DNA of 64,000 bases from a bacterium. Lineage in GTDB: Bacteria > SZUA-182 > SZUA-191 > JAJRXT01. The position numbers and the translations under genes are program-made. Numbering within the stretch: position 1 is the first letter of the stretch; each line of letters begins with the position of its first letter. The stretch is taken from the NCBI GenBank assembly GCA_024276125.1, contig JAJRXT010000100.1, positions 45,329 to 109,328 on the forward strand. The letters are read 5' to 3'. Of this stretch, positions 62,083-64,000 are shown piece after piece. The notes under the pieces are model-generated. The model searched no databases. It saw only the letters and a list, made by a program, of their open reading frames with translations, and was not told where the DNA came from.

Positions 62083-62310
62083 TGTCATTCTGAACTAAGA
62101 GGCTGTGTCGCAACCGGAAAAACTGCTTTTTTTCTGTCATTCTCACGAAGGTGGGAATCCATAACTTCTTGAAAAAGCTGGGTTCCTGCCTTCGCAGGAA
62201 TGACAGATTGAGAGCATTTTTCAGGTTATAAGCAGTTGTAACACGAAGCGCAGTGAAGAATCTACCTCCATACGCGAGCAGATTCTTCAGCCTCCGGCTT
62301 CAGAATGACA
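62083..62310 (-). repeat. Family-A copy 25 split by a 149-bp insertion (62096-62244) that itself carries a 71-bp type-3 hairpin element (62135-62205)
   Basis: TGTCATTCTGAAC | TAAGAGGCTGTGTCGCAACC... [TGTCATTCTCACGAAGGTGGGAATCC...GGTTCCTGCCTTCGCAGGAATGACA] ...GGTTATAAGCAGTTGTAACAC | GAAGCGCAGTGAAGAATCT...TTCAGAATGACA. Confidence 0.8.
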
Positions 62311-62346
62311 GCTAATGGTATCTTTTTTTACGAAACGCTCCACCGG

Positions 62347-62820
62347 TTACTTACCCGATTTGGCGCACCTGAAACCCACATTCTCATCATCAGTAAGCGG
62401 GGTAAATTTACTGCGCATAGTGGTTACAGAGTCGTAATTGGCATCTAAATATGACCCGCCGCGCAATACATAGCGCTCTTTTCCATAAAATTCATCTGGA
62501 TGCGCATTTCCAGGATAGGGCAGGTAATTATCTGCCGTCCACTCCCAAACATTGCCGGCCATATCCATAAGACCGTAAGGACTGGCGCCTTTTTTGAAAC
62601 TACCCACTTTTGCGATACCCTTTTTGCGTGATTTTTCATAATTTAAATTCTTACGGTTAAACTTATCTCCCCATGGGAATATCCGCTCATCAGTTCCGCG
62701 GGCGGCCTTCTCCCATTCCGGCTCGGTAGGCAAGCGTTTACCCGCCCATTCGCAATAGGCCACCGCAGCTTTCCAATTAACATATACAACCGGATGTTTG
62801 GCTTTACCCTTGGGGATATC
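62347..62820 (-). CDS. FGE/SUMF1 family protein, C-terminal part
   Basis: Same frame as 62821-63153. [42 protein letters not shown] and RGGSY motifs. Confidence 0.75.
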   Translation of the reverse strand, partial: DIPKGKAKHPVVYVNWKAAVAYCEWAGKRLPTEPEWEKAARGTDERIFPWGDKFNRKNLNYEKSRKKGIAKVGSFKKGASPYGLMDMAGNVWEWTADNYLPYPGNAHPDEFYGKERYVLRGGSYLDANYDSVTTMRSKFTPLTDDENVGFRCAKSGK

Positions 62821-63153
62821 TCATCCGCCTTCTTCTTCCCAATGAAGTGGTACTGCGGCGCCTGTGGCGTCTACAAATTTTTTATACTCTTCATTAGTGA
62901 CTTCATATTTATCAATATAAAACGCGTCTAAATTAACTTTATGGGCGGGAGTAGCGCTGTCGTGATACTTTTTCATTCCACCTAAGGTACCAACTACTTC
63001 TTTTAACTTTGCTTCGCTTAAACCCATAGTACACTCACCGGCGGGAATAAGCGCCATATCTTCCGCTTCTGCCTTGGCAGACAAAATAAGCAGTAAACCA
63101 CAGAATAACAAAATAAAACCATTTTTGAACATACAAGCCTCCTTTAGAACCAT
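62821..63153 (-). CDS. FGE/SUMF1 family protein, N-terminal part ending in an in-frame TGA
   Basis: Signal peptide, then LDAFYIDKYEVTNEEYKKFVDATG. TGA at 62821-62823. Confidence 0.75.
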   Translation of the reverse strand: MVLKEACMFKNGFILLFCGLLLILSAKAEAEDMALIPAGECTMGLSEAKLKEVVGTLGGMKKYHDSATPAHKVNLDAFYIDKYEVTNEEYKKFVDATGAAVPLHWEEEGG

Positions 63154-63169
63154 ATTATATTATAATAAT

Positions 63170-64000
63170 CTATTTTACACACCGGAATCCTACATTTGGA
63201 TAAGTTTTTTTAGCCTTTAATTTGTGACGATATACAGTGGTAGTCATAAAAGGCTGTTCTTCGTAGGAGCCGCCTCGAACAACACGCATGTTTTCATCCT
63301 TAGCGCCTCCGTCCCCGCTATAGGATTTATACAAATTGGCCGTCCATTCCCATACATTACCGCTCATATCATAACAACCAAATTTACTTACCCCTTTTTC
63401 ATACCTTCCGGTAATGGTAGGCGCTTGGAATCTTTCACGCATGGTATTGGCTCTGCCAATGCGAAATTTTTTCCCCCAGGGATAATAAAAGCTTTTACCG
63501 GCAGTAGCCGCATATTCCCACTCAGCTTCAGTCGGCAGACGTTTACCCGCCCATTTACAATAGGCCGCCGCATCAGACCAGCTTACATTGACAACAGGAT
63601 AATCGCCCTGATTCTTACGATAATTATTTCCGCGCCGCCAGCCTTTGGGCGCTTTTTGCTTTGTTGCGTCTATGAATTTTTTATATTGTTTGTTAGTTAC
63701 CTCGTAGGCATCTATTTTATAAGCCTTTAATTTTACATCATGCCTGGGTGTAGAGGCTTTATAATCATTTGCGCATCCGCCTATATTTTTGCATAGCCAG
63801 CCGATTCTTTTTTCGTCAATTCCCATTTCCAAAATACCATCGCTTATAGAGACCATTTCATCACGATTTTGACCCTTTTTTACTAATACCAGATTTATTT
63901 CCAAAGTTCTATGAGCAAATATCTCTATTTTAGCCTCTTCCATTTCATAATCACTAACCTCAGCTGTAATTACATGCTTGCCTACGTCAACGACAATCTC
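63170..64000 (-). CDS. FGE/SUMF1 family protein, third paralog; N-terminus may extend past the window
   Basis: The frame is open from 63170 to the window end. [27 protein letters not shown] and RGGSY motifs. Confidence 0.75.
   Translation of the reverse strand, partial: EIVVDVGKHVITAEVSDYEMEEAKIEIFAHRTLEINLVLVKKGQNRDEMVSISDGILEMGIDEKRIGWLCKNIGGCANDYKASTPRHDVKLKAYKIDAYEVTNKQYKKFIDATKQKAPKGWRRGNNYRKNQGDYPVVNVSWSDAAAYCKWAGKRLPTEAEWEYAATAGKSFYYPWGKKFRIGRANTMRERFQAPTITGRYEKGVSKFGCYDMSGNVWEWTANLYKSYSGDGGAKDENMRVVRGGSYEEQPFMTTTVYRHKLKAKKTYPNVGFRCVK

Overview
64-kb bacterial chromosomal window, probably from an uncultivated, strictly anaerobic Gram-negative lineage; the taxon cannot be determined from the sequence alone. 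Core content: Wood-Ljungdahl-type methylene-THF reductase (metF/metV); a four-subunit 2-oxoacid:ferredoxin oxidoreductase (porG-porD-porA-porB); an hdrC-hdrB-hdrA(L)-hdrA2 / flxD-flxC-flxB-flxA electron-bifurcation cluster; bacillithiol genes bshA/bshB; housekeeping genes (aroE, mazG, queE, xerC, hldE, tsaC, purE, cobS, proS, yicC, recR, radA, pyrE); two-component sensors; three FGE/SUMF1-family paralogs; one tRNA-Met(CAU). Three things stand out. (1) Almost every intergenic gap is a mosaic of short palindromic repeat families: 26 copies or fragments of an ~85-bp nested palindrome, about 19 GTTTCGG...CCGAAAC hairpin loci, GTAG-headed REPIN-like doublets and smaller modules, with nested insertions. 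(2) There are 12 toxin-antitoxin loci, half of them HEPN/MNT type, and several sit inside the por and hdr-flx operons. (3) Nine in-frame stop codons and at least one frameshift interrupt otherwise conserved genes, including porA and hdrB. A frameshifted kinase-deaminase gene (dCTP-deaminase-type antiphage architecture) lies in an AT-rich islet next to xerC. I saw no rRNA, CRISPR array, prophage or transposase gene.
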